DNA from: Acidobacteriota bacterium
GTDB taxonomy: Bacteria > Acidobacteriota > JAQAZP01
DNA: 62,220 bases
Assembly (NCBI GenBank): GCA_032127265.1
Contig: JAQAZP010000019.1
Location: 1-62,220, forward strand
Reading direction: 5' to 3'
Position numbers and translations under genes: made by a program. Position 1 is the first letter of the stretch. Every line of letters starts with the position of its first letter. The notes below the pieces were generated by a model. The model saw nothing but the letters and a program-made list of their open reading frames with translations. It was not told the DNA's origin and did not search any database. Below, piece after piece: positions 9,110 through 19,357 of this stretch.

Positions 9110-11947
9110 TCAGTGGTCATCCAGGGCCCGGCGCACCGCACGGGCGATCTCGCGGATGGTGAACGGCTTGGGGAGGAAGTTGGTGCCCACCTCCAGGATG
9201 CCGTGACGGGCCACCACATCGTCGGTATAGCCGGACATGAAGAGCACCTTCAGATTCGGCTGCATCTCCTTGAGTGTGTTGAACAGATCCCGGCCGTTCA
9301 TCCGCGGCATGATCACGTCGGTGAGCAGCAGGTCCACCATCCCCTGGACATTGCGGCAGAGTTTCCTGGCGGTATCACCATCAGCAGCGGTGAGCACGCG
9401 GTAGCCCTGCTTTTCGAGAATCCGCACCGCCAGGGCGCGGACCATATCCTCGTCCTCCACCAGCAGTATGGTCTCCGATCCCCTCGGGTGTGCCGCCGCC
9501 GACGGTTCCAGGACCGCCTCCGCCTCGCCCTCCTCCCGGGGGAAATAGATCTTGAACGTGGTGCCGTTGTCGATCTCCGAGTAGACCGAGATATACCCTT
9601 CGCTCTGCTTGACGATGCCGTAGACCGTGGCCAGGCCCAGCCCGGTTCCCCGGTCCTTCTCCTTGGTGGAGAAGAAGGGCTCGAAGATCTTGCCCTGGGT
9701 CCCGGCATCCATGCCGGTGCCGTTGTCGCTGATGGCGATCATGGTGTAGTCCCCGGGAGGAATCTCTTCGTCCAGGGTTCGGTGGCTACTGTCACCGAGA
9801 GTGATGTTGGACGTCTCGATGGTCAGTTTTCCGCCGGAGGGCATGGCATCGCGGGCGTTGGTGGCCAGGTTGATCAGGATCTGGTCCACCTGTGCCGGGT
9901 CCATCCGCACCGGCCAGAGTTGGTCCAGCGGAACGAAGTTGAGCTCGATATCCTCACCGATGATCCGGCCGATCATCCGGTTGGCCCGGTCGATGGTCTT
10001 GTTCAGGTCGATCACCTTGGGGGTGATGATCTGCTTGCGGCTGGAGGCCAGCAGCTGGCGAGTCAGGGCCGCGGCGCGCTCCCCGGCCTGCTGGATCTCG
10101 GCCAAATCCCTGAGAATCGGATCGTGGGGTGAGATCTTGGACTGGATAAGTTCCGCGTAGCCGATGATCCCGGTGAGGATGTTGTTGAAGTCGTGGGCGA
10201 TGCCGCCGGCCAGCCGGCCAATGGCCTCCATTTTCATCGCCTGGCGGAGCTGGTCCTCCAGTTTTTCCTTTTCCGACTCGGCCAGCTTTCGCTCGGTGAT
10301 GTCTTCTCCTGAACTGAGGTGGCCGACCACGGTTCCGGATTCATCACGGATATCAGAATTCTGCCAGGCCACCATTCTTTCCGTTCCATCCCGGGTCAAC
10401 ACCAGGTTTTCATGGTATCGTCCCTCCTCGGTATCGCCGGCGAGCAGTCTCGCCGAGACGGCCATCACCTCGCTGCGCAGCCGTTCGGGCAGGAAGTGAT
10501 CGAACCAGACTTTGCCAAGGATTTCTTTTTCGGGGTAGCCCAGCACTTCGCGGCCCTTGCGGTTGATCATGGTCACCCGCGCTTCAGAATCCAGGGCGAT
10601 GAGCATCACGTCGGCGATATCGAGATAGGTCTGGGCCCTGTTGCGCTCATCGAGCAGGGCCCCCTCGGCGGCTTTGCGACGGGTGATGTCGAGGATGTTC
10701 CCCATGAATGCCGGTTGGCCGCCGATGTTGATCAGCTTGACCATCACTTCGACCCAGACCGTGGTGCCATGCACATCGACGAGGCGGGTGGAATACTGGT
10801 CGGGAACTGCCTCGCCTTTCATCCGCCGTGTCACGTTACTGGTGACAAATTCCCGCTCATCAGGGTGGATATAGCCGAGAAACGGCTTCCCCAGGTACTC
10901 CTCGGGCCGGCCAGGGTCATAGCCCAGCATGCGGGCCAGGCCGGGGTTGACGTATACCAGTTTTCCGTCCTGGTGGATGAAGATCCCGGTGAGCGACTCG
11001 TCGAAAATCTGCCGGAACTGTTCCTCGCTTTCACGGAGTGCCACGGTGACCCGGCGGCGGTCCTCTTCGATGTCCATGTTGTGCATGGCAAAAGCGATGT
11101 CACCGGCCAGTTCGAGAAAGAGATTCTCCTCTTCTTCCACCTCGATGGCTTCCCTGATCAGCGATACTCCCAGGACGCCGTATGTTTTTCCGTCATGGGT
11201 CAGGCTGGTCACCATCCCCAGCCGGTCACCGAACCGGCCGCTGAGCGGGCAATCCTTGCAAACGGTGTCTCTGTTCTCGATTTGGACCACACCAGGCTGG
11301 TCCAGAGCCCGATCGAGGCAGAGCATGGTTTCCGCAGGGCTAGGGCTGTGTACAATCCGGTCCATCCTCGGATCGAGACTGGCTCCCGTTGTTTTTGTGA
11401 CCTGTCGCTGGCCGTCCACCAGGACGATCCAGGAATGGATGTATCCCCTGGTCTCCACCAGAGAATCGCAGGCACCCTGCAGCAGGCGGTCCTGGTCTTT
11501 TTCATTGACGATCAACTGGTTGATGTTGCGGATGGCCCGCAATACGTTGTTGAGATGCTTGAGCTTTCGTTCCATGCGGCCCTTGTACCGGGCCATTTCG
11601 ATGGTCGAGGCCAGTTCCTGTTCCTGGTAGGGTTTGATGATGTAGCCAAAGGGCTCGACGACTTTGGCCTTGTCCAGAATGGCGTCGTCGGAGTAGGCGG
11701 TGAGGAATATTACCGGGATGTCCAGTTGATCCCGGATTTTTGCCGCGGCCTCGATGCCGTTCGACTCTCCCTTGAGCATGATGTCCATCAGCACCAGGTC
11801 CGGCCGCAGTTCGGCCGCTTGTTGCACGGCCTCCTCAGCCGTGTCCACGACCTGGGGAACTGTGCAGCCCAATCCGATGAGACAGGCTTGCAGGTCTTTT
11901 CCGACGATCTTTTCATCTTCCACCACCAGGATGGTCGCCTTGCTCAT
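9110..11947 (-). CDS. Hybrid two-component protein: REC-GAF-PAS-PAS-HisKA-HATPase_c-REC
   Basis: 945 aa. N-terminal receiver: [27 protein letters not shown]-box: [23 protein letters not shown]. ATPase G-boxes: [19 protein letters not shown]-terminal receiver: [25 protein letters not shown]. Confidence 0.9.
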   Translation of the reverse strand: MSKATILVVEDEKIVGKDLQACLIGLGCTVPQVVDTAEEAVQQAAELRPDLVLMDIMLKGESNGIEAAAKIRDQLDIPVIFLTAYSDDAILDKAKVVEPFGYIIKPYQEQELASTIEMARYKGRMERKLKHLNNVLRAIRNINQLIVNEKDQDRLLQGACDSLVETRGYIHSWIVLVDGQRQVTKTTGASLDPRMDRIVHSPSPAETMLCLDRALDQPGVVQIENRDTVCKDCPLSGRFGDRLGMVTSLTHDGKTYGVLGVSLIREAIEVEEEENLFLELAGDIAFAMHNMDIEEDRRRVTVALRESEEQFRQIFDESLTGIFIHQDGKLVYVNPGLARMLGYDPGRPEEYLGKPFLGYIHPDEREFVTSNVTRRMKGEAVPDQYSTRLVDVHGTTVWVEVMVKLINIGGQPAFMGNILDITRRKAAEGALLDERNRAQTYLDIADVMLIALDSEARVTMINRKGREVLGYPEKEILGKVWFDHFLPERLRSEVMAVSARLLAGDTEEGRYHENLVLTRDGTERMVAWQNSDIRDESGTVVGHLSSGEDITERKLAESEKEKLEDQLRQAMKMEAIGRLAGGIAHDFNNILTGIIGYAELIQSKISPHDPILRDLAEIQQAGERAAALTRQLLASSRKQIITPKVIDLNKTIDRANRMIGRIIGEDIELNFVPLDQLWPVRMDPAQVDQILINLATNARDAMPSGGKLTIETSNITLGDSSHRTLDEEIPPGDYTMIAISDNGTGMDAGTQGKIFEPFFSTKEKDRGTGLGLATVYGIVKQSEGYISVYSEIDNGTTFKIYFPREEGEAEAVLEPSAAAHPRGSETILLVEDEDMVRALAVRILEKQGYRVLTAADGDTARKLCRNVQGMVDLLLTDVIMPRMNGRDLFNTLKEMQPNLKVLFMSGYTDDVVARHGILEVGTNFLPKPFTIREIARAVRRALDDH

Positions 11948-11950
11948 GGT

Positions 11951-13291
11951 TCAGTCTCCGCTTGCCCTGAAGTGGATACGATATTCAGTGCCCCCTCCGG
12001 TCTGCTGCTCGATGCGACCCCCCAACTGGTCGACAAAGGTATTCACCAGTTCCAGGCCCAGCGATTCGGTATGGCGGAAATCGACTCCCTCGGGAAAGCC
12101 GATTCCGTCATCCGCCACCACCAGGAGCAGCTCTTCGCCCTCCGGTTGCAGCCGGACGGTGATCCGGCCCTTCTGGCCGTCGGGGAAGGCGTGCTTGAGT
12201 GCGTTGGAGATCAACTCATTGACAATCATACCGCAGGTGTTGGCCGTGGTGAGGTCCAGGGTGGCGCTGCCCGCCTCCAGTTCCAGCGACACCTGGTCAG
12301 ATGTCACCACGTAGACCCGGAACAGGTTGTCGGCGATGGAGTGGATATATTTCCCGGCGTCGATGTTCGCCAGGTCTTCGGACCGGTAAATCCGCTCATG
12401 GCTCAGGGCCATGGTGGCAATCCGGTTGTGGCAGCCAGCCAGTGCCGCGATGAGCTTCGGGTCCTTTTCACTTCGGCCCTGCAGGTTGAGGATGCTGGAG
12501 ATCACCTGAAGGTTGTTCTTCACCCGGTGATGGATTTCCCGGAGCAGCAGTTCCTTCTCGGCCAGTGATTTCATGATCTGCTCCTGGGATTTCTGCAGCG
12601 ATATCACCATCGGGTTGCCGATGCGGAGGAAGAGGAAGCTGCCGATGAAGATCAAGGCCAAGCCCACACCGATGGCCTGGAGACCGGCCCTGACAAAGGG
12701 GGCCCGGACCTCCCGCAGGTCGATCTTGGCCACGATGCCCAGGTCGAGCACGGCCACCGGCTCATGGGCCGCCAGCACCATCTCCCCGCGGTAATCCAGG
12801 CCCACCATGGTTCCTGATTCACCGCTGAGGGCCCGCCGCATCGGCTCGGCGAAATTGGAGTCAATGGAGATCGGCTCGGGGTTGTCCAGGTCGGAGTGAC
12901 GGTGGCTGAGCAAGAAGACGATCTGGTTCTCCTCGCGATGGGCGAGGGTGAACTCGCCCGACTCGCCGAACCCTTCAAACCGGCTGTGCGCTTCCCGGAT
13001 CTGGCTCAGGGTTGCGGAAAAGGCATCCCCCTCAAGAGCCTGGACGGAATTGTGCTGGTCATACATGGCCACTGACTCGATGATCCGGGCCCAGCTCCGG
13101 GCGGTTTCGGTGAGCCGTTCCGCCTCCTCTTCGAACGCCGTGTTATACAGGGTGGTGATGGTAACCCCAGTGACCACGCTCACGATTACCGTCAGGGTGA
13201 GGATCAGCAGCAGAATGCGGAACTTTCCTTGCATGGAGCGGCCAGGATGCGGAGCGATGTCCAAGTTGAAAATTCTCTGCCTTTTACTCAA
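11951..13291 (-). CDS. Membrane sensor histidine kinase, HisKA_2 type, with periplasmic Cache/PDC-like domain
   Basis: 446 aa with two TM segments flanking a ~170-aa extracytoplasmic region. H-box EIHHRVKNNLQVISSILNLQ is diagnostic of HisKA_2. Only 3 nt separate it from the downstream hybrid kinase. The start is uncertain (alternative ATG at 13234, MQGKFRILLL). Confidence 0.8.
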   Translation of the reverse strand: MSKRQRIFNLDIAPHPGRSMQGKFRILLLILTLTVIVSVVTGVTITTLYNTAFEEEAERLTETARSWARIIESVAMYDQHNSVQALEGDAFSATLSQIREAHSRFEGFGESGEFTLAHREENQIVFLLSHRHSDLDNPEPISIDSNFAEPMRRALSGESGTMVGLDYRGEMVLAAHEPVAVLDLGIVAKIDLREVRAPFVRAGLQAIGVGLALIFIGSFLFLRIGNPMVISLQKSQEQIMKSLAEKELLLREIHHRVKNNLQVISSILNLQGRSEKDPKLIAALAGCHNRIATMALSHERIYRSEDLANIDAGKYIHSIADNLFRVYVVTSDQVSLELEAGSATLDLTTANTCGMIVNELISNALKHAFPDGQKGRITVRLQPEGEELLLVVADDGIGFPEGVDFRHTESLGLELVNTFVDQLGGRIEQQTGGGTEYRIHFRASGD

Positions 13292-13353
13292 CGGGATAAG
13301 TTAAGTGGAATATTAGTATTAATCGGAAAAATATATATATTGATGGCAGGGAA

Positions 13354-13382
13354 TTCAAGATTTCCCGTGCTCGTGATAGAAT
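13354..13382 (+). promoter_or_regulatory. Extended -10 promoter candidate for the first FG-GAP gene
   Basis: TTCAAG (13354-13359), a 17-nt spacer, then TG-a-TAGAAT (-10 at 13377-13382). It lies in the only AT-rich stretch of this divergent intergenic region. Confidence 0.35.
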
Positions 13383-13460
13383 CTTCCCAGCCTTGCCCCA
13401 GTGAATTGCCGGCCGGAGTTGTTCCCGCGATGCCGGCAGCCAGCCAACCGGAGGTTCCCC

Positions 13461-15284
13461 ATGATCTGCACTGCCACTCGATTCGGCCGGGTGTATTCCG
13501 TCCCCCAGCCGCTCACGGCTCTGTTGCTCGTCACCTGCTGCGTGTTCCTGCCAGCGGCTGGTCCGGCTCAGGCACAGGTCCCGTACGGGGCGAGTCCGGC
13601 CTGGGTTTCCTCGGACACCCAGGTCTCCACCGGTGCGGCACTGGCCGACCTGAACCGTGACGGCTGGTCCGACCTGGTGGTGGCCAACGGCAACGACATC
13701 TACCGCCAGCGCCTGGTGGTCTACTACAATCAGGGCGACGGCACATTTCCCGATACCCCTGACTGGCAGTCCAGCGATATCGACTATCACGGCCACCTTT
13801 CGGTGGGTGACGTCACCGGCGACGGTTGGCCCGACGTGGCGGTGTCCGTCTATATCGGTACCGCCGGCTTCAGTCAGGACGGACGGGTAAAGCTCTACGT
13901 CAATGACGGGACAGGAACCCTGGGCACTACGCCGGCCTGGACGGCCCTGCAGGATGTCTACACCTTCCGTTGTGCCCTTGGTGACATGGACAACGACGGC
14001 GATCTGGACCTGGCGGTGGCCTGCGGCGAGTCCTACTACAACCGTCCCCGCGCCAACCGGGTCTTTCGCAACAGCGGCGGAATGCTTGAGCCGATCCCGG
14101 TCTGGCTGTCAGATGAAATCGACGCCAGCTACGACGTCTCCTGGGCTGACGTGGACAATGACGGCGACCTCGACCTTGCCTTCTGCAACTCCGGCGGCCC
14201 CAACCGGGTCTACACCAACAATTCCGGGGTGCTGGAAACCACGGCCGGCTGGAGCTCCACCGACGTCTCCCTGGATGCCAACACCCTGGCCTGGGGGGAT
14301 GTAACCGGCGACGGCTGGCTCGATCTGGCGGTGGCCGACAACAACCAGCTCGGCGGCAGCGGCCGGTTCAAGCTCTATGTGAACAATGGTGCCGGTACCC
14401 TGGGGACGATCCCGGCCTGGACCTCCAGCGAGAGCGGATACGGCTCTTCGGTGGCCTTCAGCGATGCCGACGATGATGGTGACCTGGACCTTTTTTCGGG
14501 GCAGTGGTGGGGGCCGGTCAGGGTGCACGAGAACCAGGGCGGCACACTCACTTCCTCGGCGGTCTGGACCGCCGCAACCGGCAGCGTGGTGGAGCGGATC
14601 TGCTTTGCCGACACCGACCGGGACGATCTTCGGCAAACCACGGCCGTTTTCGACGGGACCGCCGGGCAGACGCTCTTCACTTTTCCCCGGCGGCCCCTGG
14701 AATCCATCGACCAGGTTGAAGTTGGGGGCAGCCCTCTGGTGAGCGGAGACTACTGTTTCGACCTGGAGAACGGCTGGCTCAGCCTGGCTGCCGACCCAGG
14801 CGGTTCGACGGTTGCCGTCACCTACACCTGGTCCTTCGACCAGGAGATGGCGGTGAGCAACTGGGACAGCGATGACGGCAACTATCTCTTTGCCAATGGC
14901 GGCACATCTTCCACCTCGACCCTGGAAGCCCGTCTCGCCGTGACTCCTGACAGCGGCCAGGTGCCCTTTACGGCCAACTTCAGTGTCTCTCTGGCCAACA
15001 CCTACCCCGGCCAGATCCGCCGTCTCGCCGGGCGGATCAATGTCGCCCTGGCCAACGGCAGCTCCGTCAGCTCCTGGCGGGCGGGCTTCACCAATGTTGC
15101 TCCGGGCGGCCTGTTCGCCAGTTCCTGGAACCAGACCATCCCGGCTGTCGGTTCGCTGGTCGGGCTCAACATCTTCACCCTGGCGGCCGAGGACGTGACA
15201 CCGGCGCCATACAACCAGCCGCCCTACCCGGCGGCCGGCGGCACCGCCGCGGCCAGCGCCGAACTGACGGCCACCACACCCTGA
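13461..15284 (+). CDS. Secreted FG-GAP/VCBS 7-repeat beta-propeller protein with C-terminal TPAPYNQPPY tail domain
   Basis: ATG at 13461 is preceded by GGAGG. Signal peptide: MICTATRFGRVYSVPQPLTALLLVTCCVFLPAAGPAQAQ. Seven Ca-loop motifs: DLNRDGWSDLVV, GDVTGDGWPDVAV, GDMDNDGDLDLAV, ADVDNDGDLDLAF, GDVTGDGWLDLAV, SDADDDGDLDLFS, ADTDRDD. Confidence 0.85.
   Translation: MICTATRFGRVYSVPQPLTALLLVTCCVFLPAAGPAQAQVPYGASPAWVSSDTQVSTGAALADLNRDGWSDLVVANGNDIYRQRLVVYYNQGDGTFPDTPDWQSSDIDYHGHLSVGDVTGDGWPDVAVSVYIGTAGFSQDGRVKLYVNDGTGTLGTTPAWTALQDVYTFRCALGDMDNDGDLDLAVACGESYYNRPRANRVFRNSGGMLEPIPVWLSDEIDASYDVSWADVDNDGDLDLAFCNSGGPNRVYTNNSGVLETTAGWSSTDVSLDANTLAWGDVTGDGWLDLAVADNNQLGGSGRFKLYVNNGAGTLGTIPAWTSSESGYGSSVAFSDADDDGDLDLFSGQWWGPVRVHENQGGTLTSSAVWTAATGSVVERICFADTDRDDLRQTTAVFDGTAGQTLFTFPRRPLESIDQVEVGGSPLVSGDYCFDLENGWLSLAADPGGSTVAVTYTWSFDQEMAVSNWDSDDGNYLFANGGTSSTSTLEARLAVTPDSGQVPFTANFSVSLANTYPGQIRRLAGRINVALANGSSVSSWRAGFTNVAPGGLFASSWNQTIPAVGSLVGLNIFTLAAEDVTPAPYNQPPYPAAGGTAAASAELTATTP
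14919..15281 (+). other. Tail domain copy 1 (~120 aa, ends ..EDVTPAPYNQPPYPAAG..)
   Basis: TLEARLAVTPDSGQVPFTANFSVSL..RRLAGR..SSWRAGFTNV..SSWNQTIPAV..LNIFTLAAEDVTPAPYNQPPYPAAG aligns by eye with the C-termini at 47924..48298(-) and 18755..19100(-). Confidence 0.5.
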
Positions 15285-15382
15285 TCCGGCGCGAGTTGGA
15301 GTGGGTGTGATATATTTTCAGTGACTTGTCTTGCTCATTCCGCGGGAGGTGTGCGCCCCGTCCCGAACGCCCGGAGGATGTG

Positions 15383-17833
15383 ATGAACCGTGACCCCTCA
15401 GCTTCCACACGTTTCCGCGCGGCCCTGATTTCGGGCGGCGTCAAGATGCTGTTACTGCTGGTTGTCCTGGCCTGCGCGCCAGGCCTTTTTGCCGCTGGTT
15501 TGCCTTATGACAGCACTCCGGACTGGGTCTCCTCGGACACCGAGGTTTCCACCGGCGCGGCGCTGACCGACCTGAACCGGGACGGCTTTCCCGACCTGGT
15601 GGTGGCCAACGGCAACGATATCTACCGCCAGCGCCTGGTGGTCTACTACAACCAGCAGGACGGGACGTTTCCGGACAACCCCGACTGGCAGTCCGACGAC
15701 ATCGATTACCACGGGCACCTCACCGTGGGCGATGTCAACAATGACGGCTGGCCCGATGTGGCCGTCTCGGTCTACATCGGTGCCGCCGGGTTCAGCGAGG
15801 ATGGCAAGGTCAAGCTGTATATGAACAATGGTATCGGCGTGCTGGAAACATCGCCGTCCTGGACGGCGGACCAGGACGTCTACACCTTCCGCTGCGCCTT
15901 TGGCGACATGGACAACGACGGCGACCTCGACCTAGCGGTGGCCTGCGGTGAATCGTATAACAACCGTCCACGATACAACCGGGTCTTCCGCAACAGCGGC
16001 GGCATGCTGGAGACCGCACCGGCCTGGCTCTCCGACGAACTGGATTCCAGTTACGACGTCTCCTGGGCCGACGTGGACCGGGACGGCGATCTCGATCTGG
16101 CCTTCTGCAACTCCGGCGACCCCAACCGGGTCTACTACAACGACGGCGGCATGCTGGCCACCAGCGCCGGCTGGAGTTCGGCCGACACCGCCGAGCAGGA
16201 TGCCAACACCCTGGCCTGGGGTGACGTGACCGGCGACGGCTGGCCGGATCTGGCGGTGGCCGACAACAACCAGCTGGGGGGCAGCGGCCGGTTCAAACTC
16301 TATGTGAACAATGGTTCCGGGAACCTGGGCACCACCCCGGGCTGGACCTCCAGCGAGGGCGGGTACGGTTCCTCGGTGGCCTTCAGTGATGTGGACAACG
16401 ATGGCGACCTCGACCTCTTCTCCGGCCAGTGGTGGGGGCCGGTGCGGGTGCACCAGAACGAGGGCGGAACGCTGAGCGCTTCGGCGGTCTGGGCCTCCAC
16501 CACCGGCAGCGTCGTGGAACGGATCTGCTTCGGTGACGTGGACCAGGACGCGACGCTGGTGCATTCTTATGAGTTCGCCTCCACGCCCGGACGGACGCTG
16601 TATGATCTTCCCCACCGGCCCATTGAAAGCATCATCTCCGTCATCGTTGACGGTGTGGGAACCACCGGCTACTGCACCAGCCTCGAGGACGGATGGATCA
16701 GCCTGGCCGAGGATCCGCTGGGTGTCCAGGTTGTGGTGGTCTACGAGTGGTCCCGCGACCTGGAGATGGCTGTATCCAACTGGGACAGCTCCGTGGGCAA
16801 CTACCTCTTCATAAACAACGGGGCGGGCGAATACGTCGGCCTGATCCTCACCGGCCCGGGCCCCGGCCCGGACAACCCCACCGAAGTGCGCGGATACATC
16901 CCGGGTAATGGCCTGGTTTTCGCCTTTGATGCCTACGGGGTGGATAAATACGGAGTGAACGTCGCTTCCGGCCGCATCGATGGCGAGCCCGGAGACGAGA
17001 TCATCACCGGCCCGGGCCCGGGGGCGGTTTTTGGCCCGCAGGTGCGTGCCTTCACCAGCAGCGGCACGGCGGTGACCGGGGCGTCCTTCCTGGCCTACGG
17101 CACCAATCGCTGGGGCGTCAACGTCTCGGCCGGCGACCTGGACGGAGACGGCAGCGACGAGTTCGTCACCGGCGCCGGGCCGGGCGAGGTGTTCGGCCCC
17201 CATGTGCGTGCGTTCAGCTATGACAGCGGCACGATATCCTCGGTTCCGGGGGTGAGTTATTTCGCTTACGGCACTCCCAAGTGGGGCGTGAACGTCACCT
17301 GCGGGGACATCGACGGCGACGGCTTTGACGAGATCATCACCGGTGCCGGACCGGGCGCGGTATACGGCCCCCACGTAAGGGGCTGGAACGTGGACGGCGG
17401 CCCCGCGGTGTCGATTTCCGCAGTCAGTTTCCTGGCCTACGGCACCAACAAATACGGGGTCAACGTGGCCTGCGGCGACCTGGACGGTGACGGGATTGAC
17501 GAAATCATCACCGGTGCCGGACCTGGCGTGGTTTTCGGTCCCCACGTGCGGGGCTGGAATGTTGACGGCGGTACGGTTACACCGCTCCCGGGCATCAGTT
17601 TCTTTGCCTATGACACCAGCGAATACGGCGTGGAGGTGGGTGCCGGCGACCTGGACGGGGACCTCGTCGACGAGATCCTCACCGGTCAGGGGCCGGGGCC
17701 CGGCTTTACCGCCCGGGTCCGTGGCTGGGACTACGACGGCACGGCGATCAGCGCCATGGGTGAGGTGGATTTCCTGGCCTACCCGGCTTCGGAGGTCGGC
17801 TATGGCGCCAAAGTGGCCTTTCTCGAACAGTGA
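15383..17833 (+). CDS. Secreted FG-GAP/VCBS propeller protein (paralog of 13461..15284) carrying the C-terminal FG-GAP cassette
   Basis: ATG at 15383 follows GGAGG. Signal peptide region: ..GGVKMLLLLVVLACAPGLFAAG. The first ~480 residues are collinear and mostly identical to the upstream paralog. The last ~330 aa are the GPGxVFGPHVR repeat cassette. Confidence 0.85.
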   Translation: MNRDPSASTRFRAALISGGVKMLLLLVVLACAPGLFAAGLPYDSTPDWVSSDTEVSTGAALTDLNRDGFPDLVVANGNDIYRQRLVVYYNQQDGTFPDNPDWQSDDIDYHGHLTVGDVNNDGWPDVAVSVYIGAAGFSEDGKVKLYMNNGIGVLETSPSWTADQDVYTFRCAFGDMDNDGDLDLAVACGESYNNRPRYNRVFRNSGGMLETAPAWLSDELDSSYDVSWADVDRDGDLDLAFCNSGDPNRVYYNDGGMLATSAGWSSADTAEQDANTLAWGDVTGDGWPDLAVADNNQLGGSGRFKLYVNNGSGNLGTTPGWTSSEGGYGSSVAFSDVDNDGDLDLFSGQWWGPVRVHQNEGGTLSASAVWASTTGSVVERICFGDVDQDATLVHSYEFASTPGRTLYDLPHRPIESIISVIVDGVGTTGYCTSLEDGWISLAEDPLGVQVVVVYEWSRDLEMAVSNWDSSVGNYLFINNGAGEYVGLILTGPGPGPDNPTEVRGYIPGNGLVFAFDAYGVDKYGVNVASGRIDGEPGDEIITGPGPGAVFGPQVRAFTSSGTAVTGASFLAYGTNRWGVNVSAGDLDGDGSDEFVTGAGPGEVFGPHVRAFSYDSGTISSVPGVSYFAYGTPKWGVNVTCGDIDGDGFDEIITGAGPGAVYGPHVRGWNVDGGPAVSISAVSFLAYGTNKYGVNVACGDLDGDGIDEIITGAGPGVVFGPHVRGWNVDGGTVTPLPGISFFAYDTSEYGVEVGAGDLDGDLVDEILTGQGPGPGFTARVRGWDYDGTAISAMGEVDFLAYPASEVGYGAKVAFLEQ
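16841..17830 (+). repeat. FG-GAP cassette copy (VCBS-propeller protein)
   Basis: Opening strand LILTGPGPGPDNPTEVRGY. Ca loops: GRIDGEPGDE, GDLDGDGSDE, GDIDGDGFDE, GDLDGDGIDE, GDLDGDLVDE. Closing strand EVDFLAYPASEVGYGAKVAFLEQ-stop. Confidence 0.75.
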
Positions 17834-17857
17834 GCAGCCGCAGGTGATGGGACAGCT

Positions 17858-18748
17858 ATGAGCAGAGACGGTTCGGGAGACTGCGCCACCATCCGCCGGG
17901 TGACCCTGGTGGGTATGGTGGTGAACATCGTCCTCTCCGGCCTGAAGTTTTTTCTCGGTGTGGTGGGCCACAGCCAGGCCCTGGTGGCCGATGCCGCGCA
18001 CAGCCTCTCCGACCTGGGTACCGATCTGGCCCTGCTTCTGGGTGTTCGCTACTGGACCGCACCGGCTGACGACGACCATGCCTATGGCCATCACCGGATC
18101 GAGACCCTGGTCAGCGCGACCATTGGCCTCTTTCTCGCCGCCGCGGCTGCCGGTATCGGCTACCGCGCCCTGACCACCATTCACGAGGCGGTGTCGGAAA
18201 CACCTGGCTGGGGCGCCCTGGCCGGTGCCGTCGTTTCCATCGTGCTCAAGGAACTGCTCTACCACTGGACCCTGGCCGCCGGCCGGCATACCGGGTCGTC
18301 CGCCCTCGCGGCCAACGCCTGGCACCACCGCAGTGATGCCCTCAGCTCCATTCCCGTGGCCCTGGCCGTGGTGGTGGCGATCTACTTCCCCGGCTGGTCC
18401 TTCGTCGATCAGATCGCGGCCCTGCTGGTCACGGTCTTCCTGCTCCACGCCGCCTGGGGCATCCTCTTCGTGTCCTTCGGCGAGCTCACCGACCGCGGGG
18501 CGCCCTCCGAGGACCGCCGGCAGATCCTGGAGTTGAGCCGGGGCATCGAGGGCGTTCTCGATGTGCATGCCCTGCGCACCAGGCTCTCCGGAGGCGGGAT
18601 CCAGGTGGACCTCCATGTCCAGGTGCAGGCGAACCTGTCGGTGTTGGAGGGGCACGAGATCGCGCGGGTGGTGAAACGCCGTTTGATGGAGGACGGGCCG
18701 CGGGTGATGGACGTGGTGATCCACATCGAACCCTTCGAAGAGGACTAG
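17858..18748 (+). CDS. Cation diffusion facilitator (CDF) family metal efflux transporter
   Basis: 296 aa. VNIVLSGLKFFLGVVGHSQALVADAAHSLSDL and HAYGHHRIETL are the canonical CDF TM2/TM5 metal-site motifs. It has the C-terminal cytoplasmic domain. Confidence 0.9.
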   Translation: MSRDGSGDCATIRRVTLVGMVVNIVLSGLKFFLGVVGHSQALVADAAHSLSDLGTDLALLLGVRYWTAPADDDHAYGHHRIETLVSATIGLFLAAAAAGIGYRALTTIHEAVSETPGWGALAGAVVSIVLKELLYHWTLAAGRHTGSSALAANAWHHRSDALSSIPVALAVVVAIYFPGWSFVDQIAALLVTVFLLHAAWGILFVSFGELTDRGAPSEDRRQILELSRGIEGVLDVHALRTRLSGGGIQVDLHVQVQANLSVLEGHEIARVVKRRLMEDGPRVMDVVIHIEPFEED

Positions 18749-18754
18749 CCCGGA

Positions 18755-19357
18755 CTAGGGATCCGTCGCGATCACCGCAGCGGTGCCGGTATCGGTTTCC
18801 CCACCGGGCCGTGTCGCGGTGACCGTGCAGAAGTCGGTCTGTGTCTCGCCCGCGGGCCAGTACGGGGGCCGGTTATAGGGTGCGGGCGTCACGTCCTTCC
18901 CAAAGAGGATGAAGCGGTTCTCGCCCACCATCGACGGCCTTGGCGGGAGCAGCAGGGGCCAGGTCCGGGCATAGCTCGCCCTGGCGAAATCACCTGGGCC
19001 GCGCAGCCGATGTCCCGACCACCGATCCGTCAGCACTCTGGTTGTGCCTCGGCCGTGCATTCGGAGTGTTCCTCGAGGCCGTAGTCGTCCTTCCCGGCGC
19101 TGCAGAAGATTCGGGTCCACATCGATCATCATCGTCCCCCAGTCGAGGCTCGATTCGTGACCGATTAAACAGGATGCCTGGCCCCACTCCACATCCGAGC
19201 AGTCGATGGCGACACTGTTACCCGGCTCCTCCCTGGCGGCGATGGCAGGTCCCTGGGCCGCGCTGTTGCCCCAGAGGATAATGTTGCCCGGCACTTGGTC
19301 CCGGCGACCATTCTCCGGGATCCGCCGGGGAACCCTGGAGCCGGCACTGGCTCCCAT
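18755..19357 (-). pseudogene. 5'-truncated paralog of the beta-helix protein at 47921..50071: last helix turns plus TPAPYN tail, no signal peptide
   Basis: GNIILWGNSAAQG..VAIDCSDVEWGQ..MIDVDPNL parallels NCIVYGNRALEGG..VRFSHTDLQGGQ..NIDENPLW of the full-length protein. It ends ..FGKDVTPAPYNRPPYWPAGETQTDFCTVTA. The frame stays open upstream to ~19435 without a start codon. Confidence 0.45.

Noticed and set aside
10319-12568. 749-aa + strand ORF over the two kinase genes. Similar cases: 2419..3657, 30258..31871(-), 36932..38695, 44591..46273, 56551..58176.
   Set aside because: Each lies exactly antisense to a gene with clear family motifs (HK, S8, C25, MFS). None has motifs of its own, and several bridge two opposite-strand genes. 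I treat them as non-coding.
14919-15281. The TPAPYN tail considered as a diversity-generating-retroelement variable region
   Set aside because: No reverse transcriptase or template repeat is in the window. Nucleotide comparison of the three copies shows ordinary synonymous and non-synonymous divergence rather than adenine-specific substitutions against a near-identical template.
15932-18724. 930-aa ORF on the minus strand spanning the second FG-GAP gene and the CDF transporter
   Set aside because: Antisense shadow ORF. It crosses two unrelated, well-supported + strand genes. Its composition is dominated by G/A/V/P/R/H/D with no recognisable motif, signal or RBS. This is typical of GC-rich DNA, where the reverse frame lacks stops.
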